From NCBI RefSeq assembly GCF_024521635.1, contig NW_026250406.1, positions 1,240,001-1,304,000 of the forward strand: a DNA stretch of 64,000 nucleotides. Direction: 5' to 3'. Position numbers and translations under genes: made by a program. This document shows positions 37,713 to 50,481 of the stretch, one piece after another. The DNA comes from Tricharina praecox. Lineage: Eukaryota. Position 1 is the first letter of the stretch; each line of letters starts with the position of its first letter. Below the pieces are notes generated by a model. The model did no database searches, was not told where the DNA came from, and saw nothing but the letters and a program-made list of their open reading frames with translations.

Positions 37713-38919
37713 ATCCGTCAGCAGCACGGACCGGCGCGAAATCGCGAGGGGGGATCGGGAGGATCGGGGGTGATTTCGAGGGGAGGAACACGGGAGGGGC
37801 TAGGCTGGTGGATTGGAAGGGTATCTCGGAAGTGAACGGTATGGGGATCGGAGGTCTTTATGTTGACATTCGTTTAATGATCTGTTATTGCGGGCATGAG
37901 TGGAGGAAACGGGTCTGGGAGTAATTGGTTGGCGGTTGGTGGATGTACTAGTAGTTACTCGGCAGATGATAAAACCTTTGCTTGAATCTTGGCTGCTCGT
38001 GCATCGTGAGGTTTTGGGTTTTGGGTTGTGAAGTTTCGGGTTGACTATTGGCGGTTTCGGCTTCCGACCGCTCTGGACGCCGCAAATCCGACCGCCTTAC
38101 AAAGTACGCTCTTTCGCCGATCTAATCACCCACAACTCCCCCCTTGGGTACTAGACGGTAAAGTAGTTTACCAGCTCCCGTCAGAGCATCTATCCTAATC
38201 CTAATCAATTTCTTCACAACATAGTCTTTCCAGGTTCTCTCCAACATCTTGTATCCGACAGCTACCTAGATAGTGTTCCCAAAACCTCCATGCCGTCCAA
38301 AGCACCCCGTACCCCGATGTCACTCACCTGTCCTTTGCCTACTTACTTAAGGTTTCATCACACCCGACATTTTCCCTGTAGCCCACAATATAGTAATCCT
38401 ATCAGCCATATATAGTTACTCGTCCAAGCCGGGCGTGAGACAATCTATAACATATCTATAAGCCATGATATCCGAGCCTTGCGCCTTGTCCAGGTTCGTG
38501 GATCGTGAAGATCACGATCGATAGTCACTCGATGGATGTATAGGCACGCGTGGGTAGAGTACTTGATACAAAAGCATTGCGCGCGGGCGTGGCGTGGCGG
38601 CGTGGCAAACATGGATCATCCACGAACACTGTCGCAGAATCGGATCTACACTTTCTATCCATCATTGATTGTGCGCGGGCCTATGCAGAGTCCAGACCGT
38701 GGTGAAATATCCTCGCACACACGCGACTGCGACTGCGTACGCGAGTGCTTATCTATGACTAGCTGGTAGTTACGGTCGCCTCTCCTCTCCGTTCCATTCC
38801 ATCGCGGGACTATTCGCTGGTAGTATGCGTTGTGCCGAGCGGGTTGTACTATTGCGGGTATTCTTCTCCTGTTCCGTAGGTGGGTGGAACACCTAGGTGG
38901 ACTCTTCTTCTCCTCCTCA

Positions 38920-39780
38920 AAGAGAGGGAGAGAGATCTTCAAATTATCTCGCAAGCAGCCTATTTAGACTATGGCGAACCGTCGCACTCCTTTCTTGCCC
39001 ACTCTGGCCGGCCGGGATGGAGACCCCGCTGCCGGATGACCTGGAGTGTGAGTCTTGCTTTTTGAAGGGCCGTTCTGCTAGCTAGTGACAGTATCACTCG
39101 ACCCTTCGAAGCACAACTAGCCCTAGGGCTCCCTCTTCTGCCCCACACATTCTACTTACTTCCCTTCCTTCTTTCTCTTCCTCTTCCTCTTCCTCTTCCT
39201 CTTCCTCACCACCAACACCAACACCACCACCAACACCACCATCACCAACACCAGGACACGACACTACCGGCGCCAATCGGAAAGAAAGTACAGCGGCATT
39301 CGTCCATATGCCACTTCTTGGTTTTCAATACCTTGACTGTGACAACGTGGGCTCATGGGGGACGTTTGGAATGGGAACCTGGGGACCAACTGGATGACAC
39401 CAACCGGACAACACCAACTCGACGACAAACGCGTCGGATACTAATGGACTAGCTCACGGCGGATACTAACGGACCAGCCGGAATCGACTGGGAGCCGTGT
39501 AGGGAGGGATTGCGGACGTAATTCAGGCCGTACAGAAGAGCAAGAGACGGGATCACGTACTCGCGGTCCCGGCACGGACCAACAAATGCAGCAAATACTG
39601 GACCTGGACCTGGAATTTGCCATTATCAATGGACGTATATCAAAAGTGCATCCCTTCACCACGACCTCGGTTTTCAATACTCTGGTTGTAGTGGAGGCGA
39701 GCGTATGCAGACATACCGGCATTCGCACGGGTACATGTAATGCGGCACTGCCAGGAGCATACTTTATCACTCGTCCTCCC
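38920..39780 (-). mobile_element. Dispersed repeat family A, copy 2 (inverted)
   Basis: Reverse complement is colinear with 7467-8412 from gacgagtgata to the gagagagatcttca end. Confidence 0.85.
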
Positions 39781-39962
39781 ACGTAGTTAAGCGGAGTTTT
39801 TTTTGTATGATCATCGTAGAATTCGACCTTATCAGATCATGGTTGTATAAACAAACATAGGCGGAGGTCAAATCGGCTTCTCACGAGTCACAAGTCACGA
39901 ACTTCCGCTTCGATGACTATCCCTACCGGCTATGTACCATTTGTGCGTTCGTTCGTTCGATC

Positions 39963-40045
39963 GATCTTCAAATTATTTCACATGCAGCCTCATATCTAGA
40001 CTATTACGCCCCGTCGCACTCCCTTCCTACCCACTGTGACCGCCT
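39963..40045 (-). repeat. Extra family-A end module
   Basis: gatcttcaaattatttcacatgcagcct...tctagactat...ccgtcgcactcc resembles 38934-39005. Confidence 0.75.
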
Positions 40046-40937
40046 TCATACCTGCAGGTGGCGCAGGAACTTAGGAGTCGAGTCGAGTCGCGGTGCGAGT
40101 TCGCGACCTTACGACTCCTCGGGTGGGTCTATGGATGAAACTGCATACACACCTACCTACCAAGATCGTTCCGGGCACGTTCTCGGAAGAGCCGGGTGGA
40201 TAGGTAGCCCAGGCAGAGACTCAGAAACTCTAATGCTCTGCAGGCTCTCCGAGTACAGCGTGGCGCAGCGTGGCGCAGCCGAGTTGCGAAGATTCACGAG
40301 TCACGGTTGGTTTTGCTATGTACTCTACCATTGTACCTAATTATCTGATAGGTAGGAACTACTACCAGCACGGGGGGTGTCTGGTTCTGGGTTCTGGGTT
40401 CTGGCATGAGGTAGCACTCGGAAGCTGGGAATTGGAACGTAACGTAAGCGCTGGCTCATCATCCGTGCCGCGCGGGGTTTCGGAGTTGGTGTGGTGGGTA
40501 GCAAAACGCCGGTTCGACACTCGCGAGACAGCTTCACGAATTCACGGGCGCTTGGCCTAGGGGCAGGTGGTTCACGTCACTCGACTCGTCCTCGATTATA
40601 GTACACCCGACGTACGATCCTGGATTACCACAACGACGACGACTTGTAACGCAGGCTGTACATAGGTGCGCAATATCTTCGGCCCATCCATGCCACTGAT
40701 AGTTTCCACCATACCATGTATCGCATAGCATCCCAAAACCTTCCTCCCCTGCGGCTTCCGGCCCCCTCTGCCCCCGCACCCCCCGTGGGATTCCCCAGAT
40801 ACTCAATGTCTCTACCGAAAGTACGTACTACCTATCATAAAGGTCAGTGAACACACCCTTTAACGCGAATCATTGAGTCCGGGGAACTGACACATTCGTG
40901 AAGCGCAGCCACCGCGGCGAGCTCCAGCCTCCGGCAC

Positions 40938-40968
40938 TTCCAAGTTTCCAAGTTTCCAAGTTTCCAAG
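40938..40968. repeat. Minisatellite (TTCCAAGT) x~4
   Basis: Read directly. Confidence 0.8.
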
Positions 40969-41196
40969 CGCCTGTCGAGTGATGCGTACGTAACTAGACG
41001 CCGAAGTGGGGGTGGACTCGTCACAAGCAAGCAACATCAACTTCCAAGCGCGACCCCTTCCCCGCGAAACCAACCATGCGCGCCAGCAGCCGCCGTATTA
41101 GAGTATATCCCCCAACTCCGTGAAACCCCATACCGTACTATTCCCGCATCCCGCAGCAGCACCCCATCTCCGCCGTCAACCCTCACCCTTCAGCCC

Positions 41197-41574
41197 TCAC
41201 CCCACCACCACCGCCAGCGCCACGCCCACCAGAACCACCCGCAGCCATCCACCACTATCTGGTCTCCCACTCCCCCCCCCACTCCCACTCCCCCCACCCC
41301 CAGCACCCGTAGCTTCCGCGCGCAGCGTGGGCACACCCCCGTCCGCACGACTCATCGAGATCTCGCCCAGGAAATTGCCAACAGTCATGCTTGCCACAGG
41401 CGCCGAGCGCGTGTCGATCACCAGTGCCGTCGGTAGGCTGGCGGGTGCTTTGGGGGCTGTGATTATTGGTGAGTCTATGCCGGATTGTGCGGCTGTGGCT
41501 GAGGCGAGGGTGCGGGGGAGAAGGAGGAGAGCGAGGAGGAGCAGCAGGGGGAAGAGGGGGTGAGGGAGGAGCAT
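41197..41574 (-). CDS. Small secreted, probably GPI-anchored protein, 125 aa
   Basis: MLLPHPLFPLLLLLALLLLPRTLASA signal peptide; Ala/Pro/Thr-rich middle; Gly/Ser linker; hydrophobic tail WLRVVLVGVALAVVVG ending at the stop. Confidence 0.6.
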   Translation of the reverse strand: MLLPHPLFPLLLLLALLLLPRTLASATAAQSGIDSPIITAPKAPASLPTALVIDTRSAPVASMTVGNFLGEISMSRADGGVPTLRAEATGAGGGGSGSGGGSGRPDSGGWLRVVLVGVALAVVVG

Positions 41575-44432
41575 TGTTGGAAAGAGGTTGGAGGGGTAGG
41601 AGAGACGTGGGTGGTGATGGAGGTGGAGATGGAGGAGTTGAAGCCTGTGGGAGAGAGGGATAAGTAATTGCCAGTGACGGGTATATGGAGGAGGGAAGAT
41701 CTTACGACGATGAAAGGCAGCGATATCGGTACCTCTTGATTCAACCGACGATTCTTCCGTTCCCCACAGCGGCGATCCAAGTATCAAAGTCTCGATATTG
41801 CGTAAGTATGTAGTTGAGGCCTCCTTACAGCGTTCGTGCAGAATCCAGATTGCGGCAGTAGTAGTATCCCCCTCCGCTCCCCGCCTTGGATCCCAGGGGG
41901 GGAATCTCGTCAATAAGTATCCTCCTCCGAACAGAACAGAGCGGAAATGAAAATGGAAACGAAAAAAAAAAGATCTCCCTCCTCCACGCTCCAACAGTCC
42001 AACCCGCCCGCAAACCGACCGAACACATACGACTCGCTCCCTCCCGCCTCCCGCTGGATGTTTGTGTTCTTTATTATAGATAGATACCTGGCTGCAACAT
42101 GTTTGCGGGAACAGGCGGGGGTTAGTTAGTTGGGGCTGGCGCCGGGATATGAGCAGGGAACACAGCCAGCCAACGGAGGTGAGGTGAAGAGGGCGTGCAT
42201 GGATGATGGATGATGGATGATGGATGGGGAATTCTGGGGTGCAGAAATGCTGTGTTCGGAGGAGAAGTGGCGGAGAGGATCATGATAGGCTCGCGAATGC
42301 GGTTTCCTGGGTGGTGGAATGTAGGCGATGGAGGGGGTAGGGGGGACGGGGCGGGGTGGGCATGGAAGACGGCGGAAGCTGAGGTATGTTGCGGTGTGCT
42401 GTAGACAGCGAAGGAAGTACAGTATTCCGGAGTATGTACTCGCACGTAGAGTAGAGTAGAGTACGTAGAGTAAGGCAAAGATGCCTACATACACCATGCT
42501 GCAAACAAGAACTGCCGACATTCACATTCACATTCACATTCACAGCACGGCAGCAGCAGCACGGAAAGCCCGGTATGTGGGAATCTAAATCTTGTTTTGT
42601 TGTGGGTTGGGGGTTGTGGGGTGAGCGGGGTACGGTATGTGGTACGGTGTCTTCCACATCGTATGTGGTATGTACGGCTGGATGGGACGGATGTAACGTG
42701 CGATGCTCTCCCGATGATTGGCCTGTTGGAGTCCACGCCCACGCAGCCACCCGTCCCCTCACCTCCGCGCTCCGCCTCCAGGAGGCTTTCCGGTTTCATC
42801 TTTATTTTCGTCCTGGGAGTCTGGGACTGTGGGACATGGACCGGACGGAGTGTTCGCCGCACACCGCACACCGTGTCCGATCATTCGATGAGTGGCCGAG
42901 AATGGTTGCTTCTCTATCTTTATGCTCTGTTCCGAACTGCCGTAGGTAGGCGATGATCTTCGATCTGATTGGTTGCATACCGTATCGGCCGAGTTTGAGC
43001 GGCTGATTGGGTACCTAGTCGGCGTAGGTACTTTAGGTACATGTACTCGAGAGAGCACTCGTCTGGGAGGATTGTTCCGACGATAGAGGAGAACTGGTCG
43101 ATGTCGGGAGTCGGGACGGAGAATGGATCTTTGCAACAGCGAAAGTGCAAAGTGCAAATGCAAGGGCCGAGAACGAACAGCTCCTTTGGGCTTCCAGGCT
43201 TCACTCTTGAGGCAGAAGCTGTTTTTCGTTCTTCGTTCTTCAGGGCCACCCCTTGAGTCTTTCACCGACCGACCGACCGGCAGCGTGTGCAACTCCAAAT
43301 GCATGCATGTGCCGTATGTACCGTATTTGCTGTAGGGCTGAATGATGAATCCAATGACATCCAATGACATCCGCAACTGCAGTCACGACATGATCATCAG
43401 CCCTCGGCCCTCAGCCCTCAGCCCAACCGTTACACACCTCGTACAGCGCACCGATGCCACCGATCCCTTTCCCTTTCTCTCATTTGGTTACCAGACCCGG
43501 ACAATCAGGCTCCAGCTGCAGGCTGCGTCGGCATTATCGCTCGCTGGCCATGACTGGCACTGCACTGCGCCGTCACTTCCGGTCCTCGAGTCTCGAGTCT
43601 CAATTCTCCGCTTACCTAGGCACCAGTGTGTGTATGCCCATAGGTACCCAACGAAGTCAGCGGCGCGTCTTGGGCATTTGGGCATACGGTGTGCGTGTTG
43701 CCTACACCGAACTTCAAAGGCAGTCCCTCGAGCTCATTCCTCATTTCTGGAGGAGGATATAACCGTATACCGGGGGCGGCGAAGCGATGGATGCAGTCGA
43801 TCGAAGATTCGAAGCAACACCGTTCCGCATACCATGCTCGCGACGTCCGAAAGGTCAGTTCTGCGGTGGCCGGTGTCGGTGTCGATGGATGTTGCAGCGA
43901 TACAGCGATGCTTCTCGCGACTGTTCGTTTGGGCAGGGGCACAGGAATGCGCTTTCGCGTGGACTTTCCTAATGCAGCACACACCTACACACACGGTCCG
44001 AAGAAAGAAGGTGCGCATCCACAACTTGAATATCGTTGAGCCGGGTTTCGCAGCTCTCTTCGGTAAAGTACAGGGCGCCGAAACAAAATTTTGGAAGCGA
44101 GCCGCGCCGCGGTTCGGATACATACTTTCGTCTCGCCCCGCCGTGGCTGATGTTGATGGGGAGCGGCGGGGCTGTTGCTAGGATGATATGTAGGATACCG
44201 GTCTCCTGCGGCTACGAGTTGCTACATACCGGTATGTATGCAGTTGGCTGTCGGTGCGAGACCCTCTTTGTTGGCGAAGGATATGTGCGTAGGAATTCCG
44301 TGTCCATCATCGCGATCGCCGCACCACCTAGAATCACAGGACACTAATGAGTACAGGAGCGTGCTTTCTTCAGCGAGACCAATCGAATCGGCGTGATTTC
44401 TGATGGGCATTGGACTTGAGGCCAGCGGTATT

Positions 44433-44495
44433 CCAGAGAGAGAGAACATCAATCTATTATCGCATACGGCCTTACCAAACCACAGCGACCACGAA
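44433..44495 (-). repeat. Solo family-A end module (subtype B)
   Basis: agagagagagaacatcaatctattatcgcatacggccttaccaaaccacagcgaccac resembles the reverse complement of 32395-32457 and 61158-61230. Confidence 0.65.
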
Positions 44496-44976
44496 CCCAG
44501 CGGTATGCCAGAAGAATCCGACCTCCAAGTCACCTTCAACAATCGAGTGCTCTCGGACGGACCACCGTCAGTCGCAGCGCTGGTCCTGGATCCGACTGGC
44601 GCTGCAGACCAGACCGCCAGCGCCAACTCTTGGCTGCGTCTGGCGTCCGCCCAACTAAAAACCTCCGGCCCAGAAGCCCAAACACCCCCACGGTACCAAA
44701 GCGCGGCAGTAGATATGTAACGTCCTTCCGGATTCGTTACGCGTTTGCTGTCGTTCTACACACGTGGTCTTTACGCTAGCTATGCTTCACGCGGCGTGGG
44801 AGGTCGCTCTGGACTCTGGAGATGCTCATATCACAATTCTCGATGGTATGCGCCCGCTTCTTGCTCTAGAGATACCTAATTTACTTGCATATATCACAAT
44901 TCTCCATGAAATCCGCCGACTGGCTGATAGGTCGGATAACAGCTTGCAGGTTACCACCTCTTTCCGTTAGTCCTCT

Positions 44977-44996
44977 TCTTTCTTTCTTTCTTTCTT

Positions 44997-45046
<50 letters not shown>

Positions 45047-45048
45047 TT
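44977..45048. repeat. (TTTC)n microsatellite
   Basis: Read directly; ~70 bp with one interruption. Confidence 0.95.
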
Positions 45049-46240
45049 CCAGCCTTCGGCAGCCAGCTTGGTCGCATGTATGCATGCTGGCGCTTGAGTG
45101 TTGTCACCGTGCCCATTTCATTGCCCTTCTCACCTATGCTAAGCTCTAGTGGGACGGGTAGAACGGGTGTCTGGCGCCTCCGAACTCCGACATGCGCAAG
45201 TGCGGGGTTGGTGTTGGTGTCCAAGGGCCAAACCATCCGCCAAGCGGGAGCCTACCTAAGCTTCAGTGCTTCGCCGTACGTAATTGCATTCGACGTTGCA
45301 GCTATCGGCAAGCCTTTCGGTGACCCTGGTTTTCACTCAGCCCACTGCCCGCTGCCACTGCTGCCTGCACGGTTTTCGGCCAAACTGCCACCGCGGATCG
45401 GTCGTTGACTCGGTAACGGTAGGTATGATCTAGAGAGGGGCAGCAATTCACGAGGATGCCGTATCTAGCCTTATGTATGGAGCACACAGCTCGTAGCCGA
45501 TCTTTATCACGGGACGAGCAATACACTTTCCCCACCCTGACTACCAGGTACACGGTACACCGTGTACCCTACCAGGTCGCGGCAACCGCGGGGTCTGGTG
45601 TGCTCCTCTCACTGCTGCCTGCGGTGCTTCGGCCACACATATCGTGTCGGGCTTGAGCGATACATAGCGTGGTGAGGAAGGTTTCAGGGATGCCATTGGC
45701 ACGGGAAAGTTTAGTGGTGGTGCGCATGTTGGGTCTTGGGTGCATACCGATCGGTTATCGCAACTGGGTGGCCGGTCGACGTATCTCGACAAGCAAACTT
45801 GGAGCCATGTAGATATGTAGATACATAGCCTACCGTTCATGAACACGGGAGGCGTCGGCCGGAAGGTAGCTTAGAGTACTCTACAAGCATAGGTCGGATG
45901 GCTGTCGAGCCGGTATGTATGCATAAGTTTAGCGGTGCTAAGCAAGTAGAACTTGTTTAGTTACCGCCACGCCCCGGCACGATAACTTTGGCCTTTGGCG
46001 CACAGGTAGTCCGTGGCTGCTATTTCGATTCCGGCCAGTGGCATCTTAGGGAACCGGTCCTAGTAGTATACGGCTAGATGACATGGAAACCAGTAGCATT
46101 CTGAAGACTGGTCGGTTATATATCGATGGGACCTGCCCCGACCGTGGGAAAGTACATAGCACAGCATCAACGTCAAGCGAGCGAGTAACAGCACCACATA
46201 TCATCATCAACTTTAACGAATCAGCACACACACCACAACA

Positions 46241-47970
46241 ATGGGACAAAACGATAACATCGAGGTCGATCCGACGCTGGTAATTATACCCCCCCCCATT
46301 CTTCTCGCTTCCCTCTCGCTCGTGTCCCTGCTGACGATGACCGCCTCCGCTGCAGCTCGAAGCCGACGGCTCCGACTACGCGTCTTCGGGATACGATACT
46401 AGCACGGCAAGCTTGAGCTCCAGGTGGATCGCATACCGGCTCCTGTCGATTCCCCTCGGCTCTAACGGTTTGCAGCGTCAATGAATACATCTTCGAGAAC
46501 GGTAGCTGCTCTGTCACTCGCGGATGGGGTATGGGTATGAAGGCTAACGCCTTGTTCAGGACGGCGTTATCACGCATACTACGGCATGGAAAAGAACCTG
46601 ATGCCGACGGACGAGGTTTGACTTCTCTTTCTTACCCCCCGCCCCCGTTCCGCCACGGCTAGGCTAACCCACCGCCTTACAGAAAGAACAAGACCGGTAC
46701 TTTTCTGTTTCCTGCCCGCGGCCCGACCAACTGGGCGACGTAGGAACTAGCCGCTGAATCCTCTAGCATGGACCTCCACCACGAAATCATCCTCCTCCTC
46801 CTCGGCGGCGAGCTGCACAAAGCACCGATAAATCCGAACCCGCACAAGATCCTGGACGTGGGCACGGGCACGGGTATCTGGGCGATCGATATGGCGGATC
46901 GGTATCCGTCCGCGGAGGTGATAGGTGTTGACCTTAGGTGCGTGCTGCAGCCAGGGGATGGATGGATAGGGCAGAATGTGAGGAGTGGTGCTGACGGTTT
47001 TGGGGTGGATAGTCCGATTCAGCCGAGGTGGTATGTGTGATTGCGGTTGCAGGAGTGGGGACTGAGGACTGAGGACTGATGTGTACGCTGCGAGATAGGG
47101 TGCCGCCGAACTGGTATGTCATCCCCCCCTCCCGGTGATCATCGCCCGCGGACAGCCACTGATATCTGTTCAGTAATTTCGAGGTCGACGATGCCGAGCT
47201 GGAATGGACATATCCCTCCGTACGTGAAATCGTCGGCAGCTAGAAACCGGAGTCCGTGCTTACACCGACGCAGTGCAATTTCGATTTTATCCATTTCCGC
47301 AATGTAGCCCAAGGCATTACCAAATGGCCACAGGTGCTTTCAGAGGCCTTCCGGTGCGTCCCCCCCTTCCCCGACCTAGTACCACAACTATGCTTACCTC
47401 CCGCCCAGCTGCATGAAACCCGGCGCGTTCATTGAACTCTCCGAATCCGGCGGTGGGCACACCCCCCCGCACTCCTCTTCACTCCACTAACCCCGCACAG
47501 CCCAGCTCTACAGCGACGACGAGTCACTCCCGCCGTCCAACCCCGCGCGGCAATGGGGCGAGCGAATGACCGATGCGATGGCGGCCTCTGGCCGCCTCGC
47601 ACCAGTGAAAGGCAGCCTCTCCTCCCGTCTCGAAGCGGCCGGCTTCGTGGACGTGCGCGAGTTCCAGTTGAAGCAGCCGTTCGGGCCGTGGGCGAAGTCG
47701 CAGGACCTCAAGAAGCTGGGGGTCATGCTCCTGCTCCAGGGAGAACAGGGATTCCATTCTTACGGGATGCTCGCATTCGTGAAGCTCCTCGGAATGGACC
47801 CCGCCGTTGCGGATAAATTGTGTAAGGACGCCATCATGGCCACGAAGAATAAACATACGCATGCGTATGCGGTTCAGTAAGTCGCCTGCTTGATACTAAT
47901 CGCGAATGCGAACGCATGCTAACTGATGGTGCACAGTTACGTCGCGTACGGAAGGCGGCCGGAGGAGTAG
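46241..47970 (+). CDS. SAM-dependent methyltransferase, LaeA-like/UMTA family, 328 aa, 13 exons
   Basis: Exons 46241-46279, 46356-46423, 46476-46501, 46560-46615, 46683-46696, 46767-46937, 47013-47030, 47099-47113, 47174-47219, 47274-47353, 47409-47452, 47501-47876, 47937-47970 (987 nt). Motifs ENGRRYH, PTDEKEQDRMDLHH, ILDVGTGTGIWA, DLSPIQPRWVPPNCNFEVDD, KPGAFIE, YVAYGRRP. Confidence 0.93.
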
Positions 47971-49231
47971 CTGGTTGGCGCAGGTGGGTGCGGAAAATGG
48001 TAGCGTTGCGCATCGCATACAGAATACAAGGAAGGGCATGCGCGTGTTGTTTTTCTAGGTGCTCGGTTGGTGTCTCCATGTTGTTTTACGAACCGTAACG
48101 GTAGTGTAATTGAGCTTTGCATCGCGTTGAAACATTGATCGCGGCTGGATAGATTCTGCAAAGTGATATCGCATGCATGACTGTAAAATCGGTTACGTAA
48201 CTCTACCTACCTACTCAATCTGACGAAATCACCCACCTCGTAGGTTGTCCGTCGAGCATAGCATAGGCTTTTCATCTTGCATCTTCAAGAACCGTCACCG
48301 CTTCCGTTCCGATTACTTTACCACACACAACGCATCTTACGGGTATCCCCCATACACATGAAACACGACCACGATGAACTACTAGAACTGGTATCAAGTC
48401 ATTCTTCGGTGTAGGGGAGACGCTTAACGAGTAGAGTGATAGCTAGCTAGTAGCACGTATTTCGCAGAAACTCTTGCACTTCCCCCTGCGGAGGAGCATC
48501 AGCGAGTGATAGGTAGCCAGTCGACTGGCTGGGATCTGGGTGGGGGTGGTGGTGGTTCTAAGGGGTTTGGGCTGCCGCGAGAAGAGAAGAGAAGAGATTC
48601 CTTCGAGAAGGGTCGGTGAACTCATTGATACTCGTGAATCGCGAATTGTGGCGGGGGAAGATGAGTTTATATGGGGTGGTGGGCTTCTCGGTGGACTCGT
48701 TGATGCTGGTAAACCGTGAATCGTGAATCGTGGCGGGGAGAAATGGTGCTGCAGAGCGATGGGAGAGCTGTAACTGGGCGGAAGTAGGCAGCGACAGGAG
48801 GACGTAGAATCGGCGGGAGGAAGCGAATTGGGTTAGTTAGTAGGCAGCACCAGCATCGGCGGTCCAGCGGGGCCGTATTCTCTCTTAGTCGCCTGCTCCT
48901 GCTTCTGCTTCTCCTTCTTCTTCTTTCTATCATCATCCAAATAGACAACCACTCTCTCTCACGTACATACAAATAGTACATAACCGGCGTGGGTAGTGAT
49001 CGAAGCGGAGGTTCGTGACTTGTGACTCGTGAGAACCCGATTTGACGAAGCGGGCCGGGGGTAGCCCAATCTAGTCATAACTTCCGCCAGGCTGTGGTGC
49101 TGGCTGCATCTCTCCGAGCACTCGTCAACGGCGTGGTGTTACTTCAACTTCGTGAGCGTCACTTCATTGGTTTCACAGGCCGTACAATACACGCCCGTGG
49201 AACCTCGCGGATACCTCCGCTTACGTGGATG

Positions 49232-50481
49232 AGGCGAGTGATACACTATGCAACCAATGACACTTCTTACATACTACCGATCGACGTCCGTCCGTCGTCC
49301 GACATTAGAAGTCTAGGATCGTGGGCCCGCTGCACTATTGATCCGTGGAGAGGACCTAGGTAGATTGAAGCCATATTGACACGCGGAGATACTCGAGGCG
49401 CAATCTAAGACCGTGCATTGATGCCGCATCCCATGTACCCGGGCGAATGCCGGTATGTCTGCATACGCTCGCCTCCACCACAACCAGAGTATTGAAAACC
49501 GAGATCGCGGTGGAAGGATGCATTTTTGATATACGTCCATTAATAATGGTAAATTCCAGGTCCAGGTCCAGGTCCAGTAGTTGCCGCATTTGTTGGTCCG
49601 TGCCGAGGCTCTCCACCAAAGGCGATACGACATCGGAGTGTCACAAGATTAGACCGTGCAAATAATCAGACCTCCAGTTTCGCTTTCCAATTCACATACA
49701 AGTCCCTTAACTCAAGTATCGCATGTCCCAAATTCCAATGCAAATCCCTTGACCGAAGTATAGCATGCCCCAATACCACCAGTTCATGGTATGATGGATT
49801 CAAGTCGACAAATGGTCAGCCCATGTTTTCCTGTTGGCCGGTCATCCACGACGGCTCGTTGGCGGTTGTCCGTTGGTGATGTCTCCCAGGACCGTAGTTG
49901 CCACTACATGGGCACGGTCAGTTCACGTCGCTGCAGAAGGATGTGATTTGTCTTACCAGCAGGCTGCCGTGCGGGTGTTGGTACTCTGCCTGCCAACTGG
50001 CGGTTTGTTCGACGTCTGTTGCGAGAAGTGCGAGCAGTCAAGGTATTGAAAACCAAGATGTGGCGTATGAACGGCGGATGATCTACTTTCTTTCTAATCG
50101 GTGCCGGTAGTTTGGCGATGGTGTTAGTGATGTTAGTGGTGTCGGTGGTGGTGGTCTTGGTGTTGGTGTTGGTGAGGAAGAAGAAGAAGGAAGAGAAGGA
50201 AGGAAGAGAAGTAGAATATGTGGGGGAAAAGAAGCAGCCCTAGGGCTAGTTGTCCTTCGGAGGGTCGAGTGATACCGCCTCTAGCCGGCAAAATGAACCT
50301 TCGAATAGCAAGAGTCACCCTCCACGCCATCCAGCAGCAACGGCGTCACATCGTGCTGGCCGGTACAGGGGTCTGCACCCCGGCCGGCCAGAGTGGGCAG
50401 GAAATTAGTGCGACGGTTCACCACAATCTAGACTCTAGATAGGCTGCATGAGAAATATACTGAAGATCTCTCTCTCTCTCT
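49232..50481 (+). mobile_element. Dispersed repeat family A, copy 3 (internal segment ~49610-50030 differs)
   Basis: Blocks ~49410-49605 and 50035-50481 match copy 1; ends tctagataggctgcatgagaaatatactgaagatctctctctc. Confidence 0.85.

Noticed and set aside
43342..44181. 279-aa ORF
   Set aside because: No recognisable motif or compositional signal; could be a chance ORF in GC-balanced DNA.
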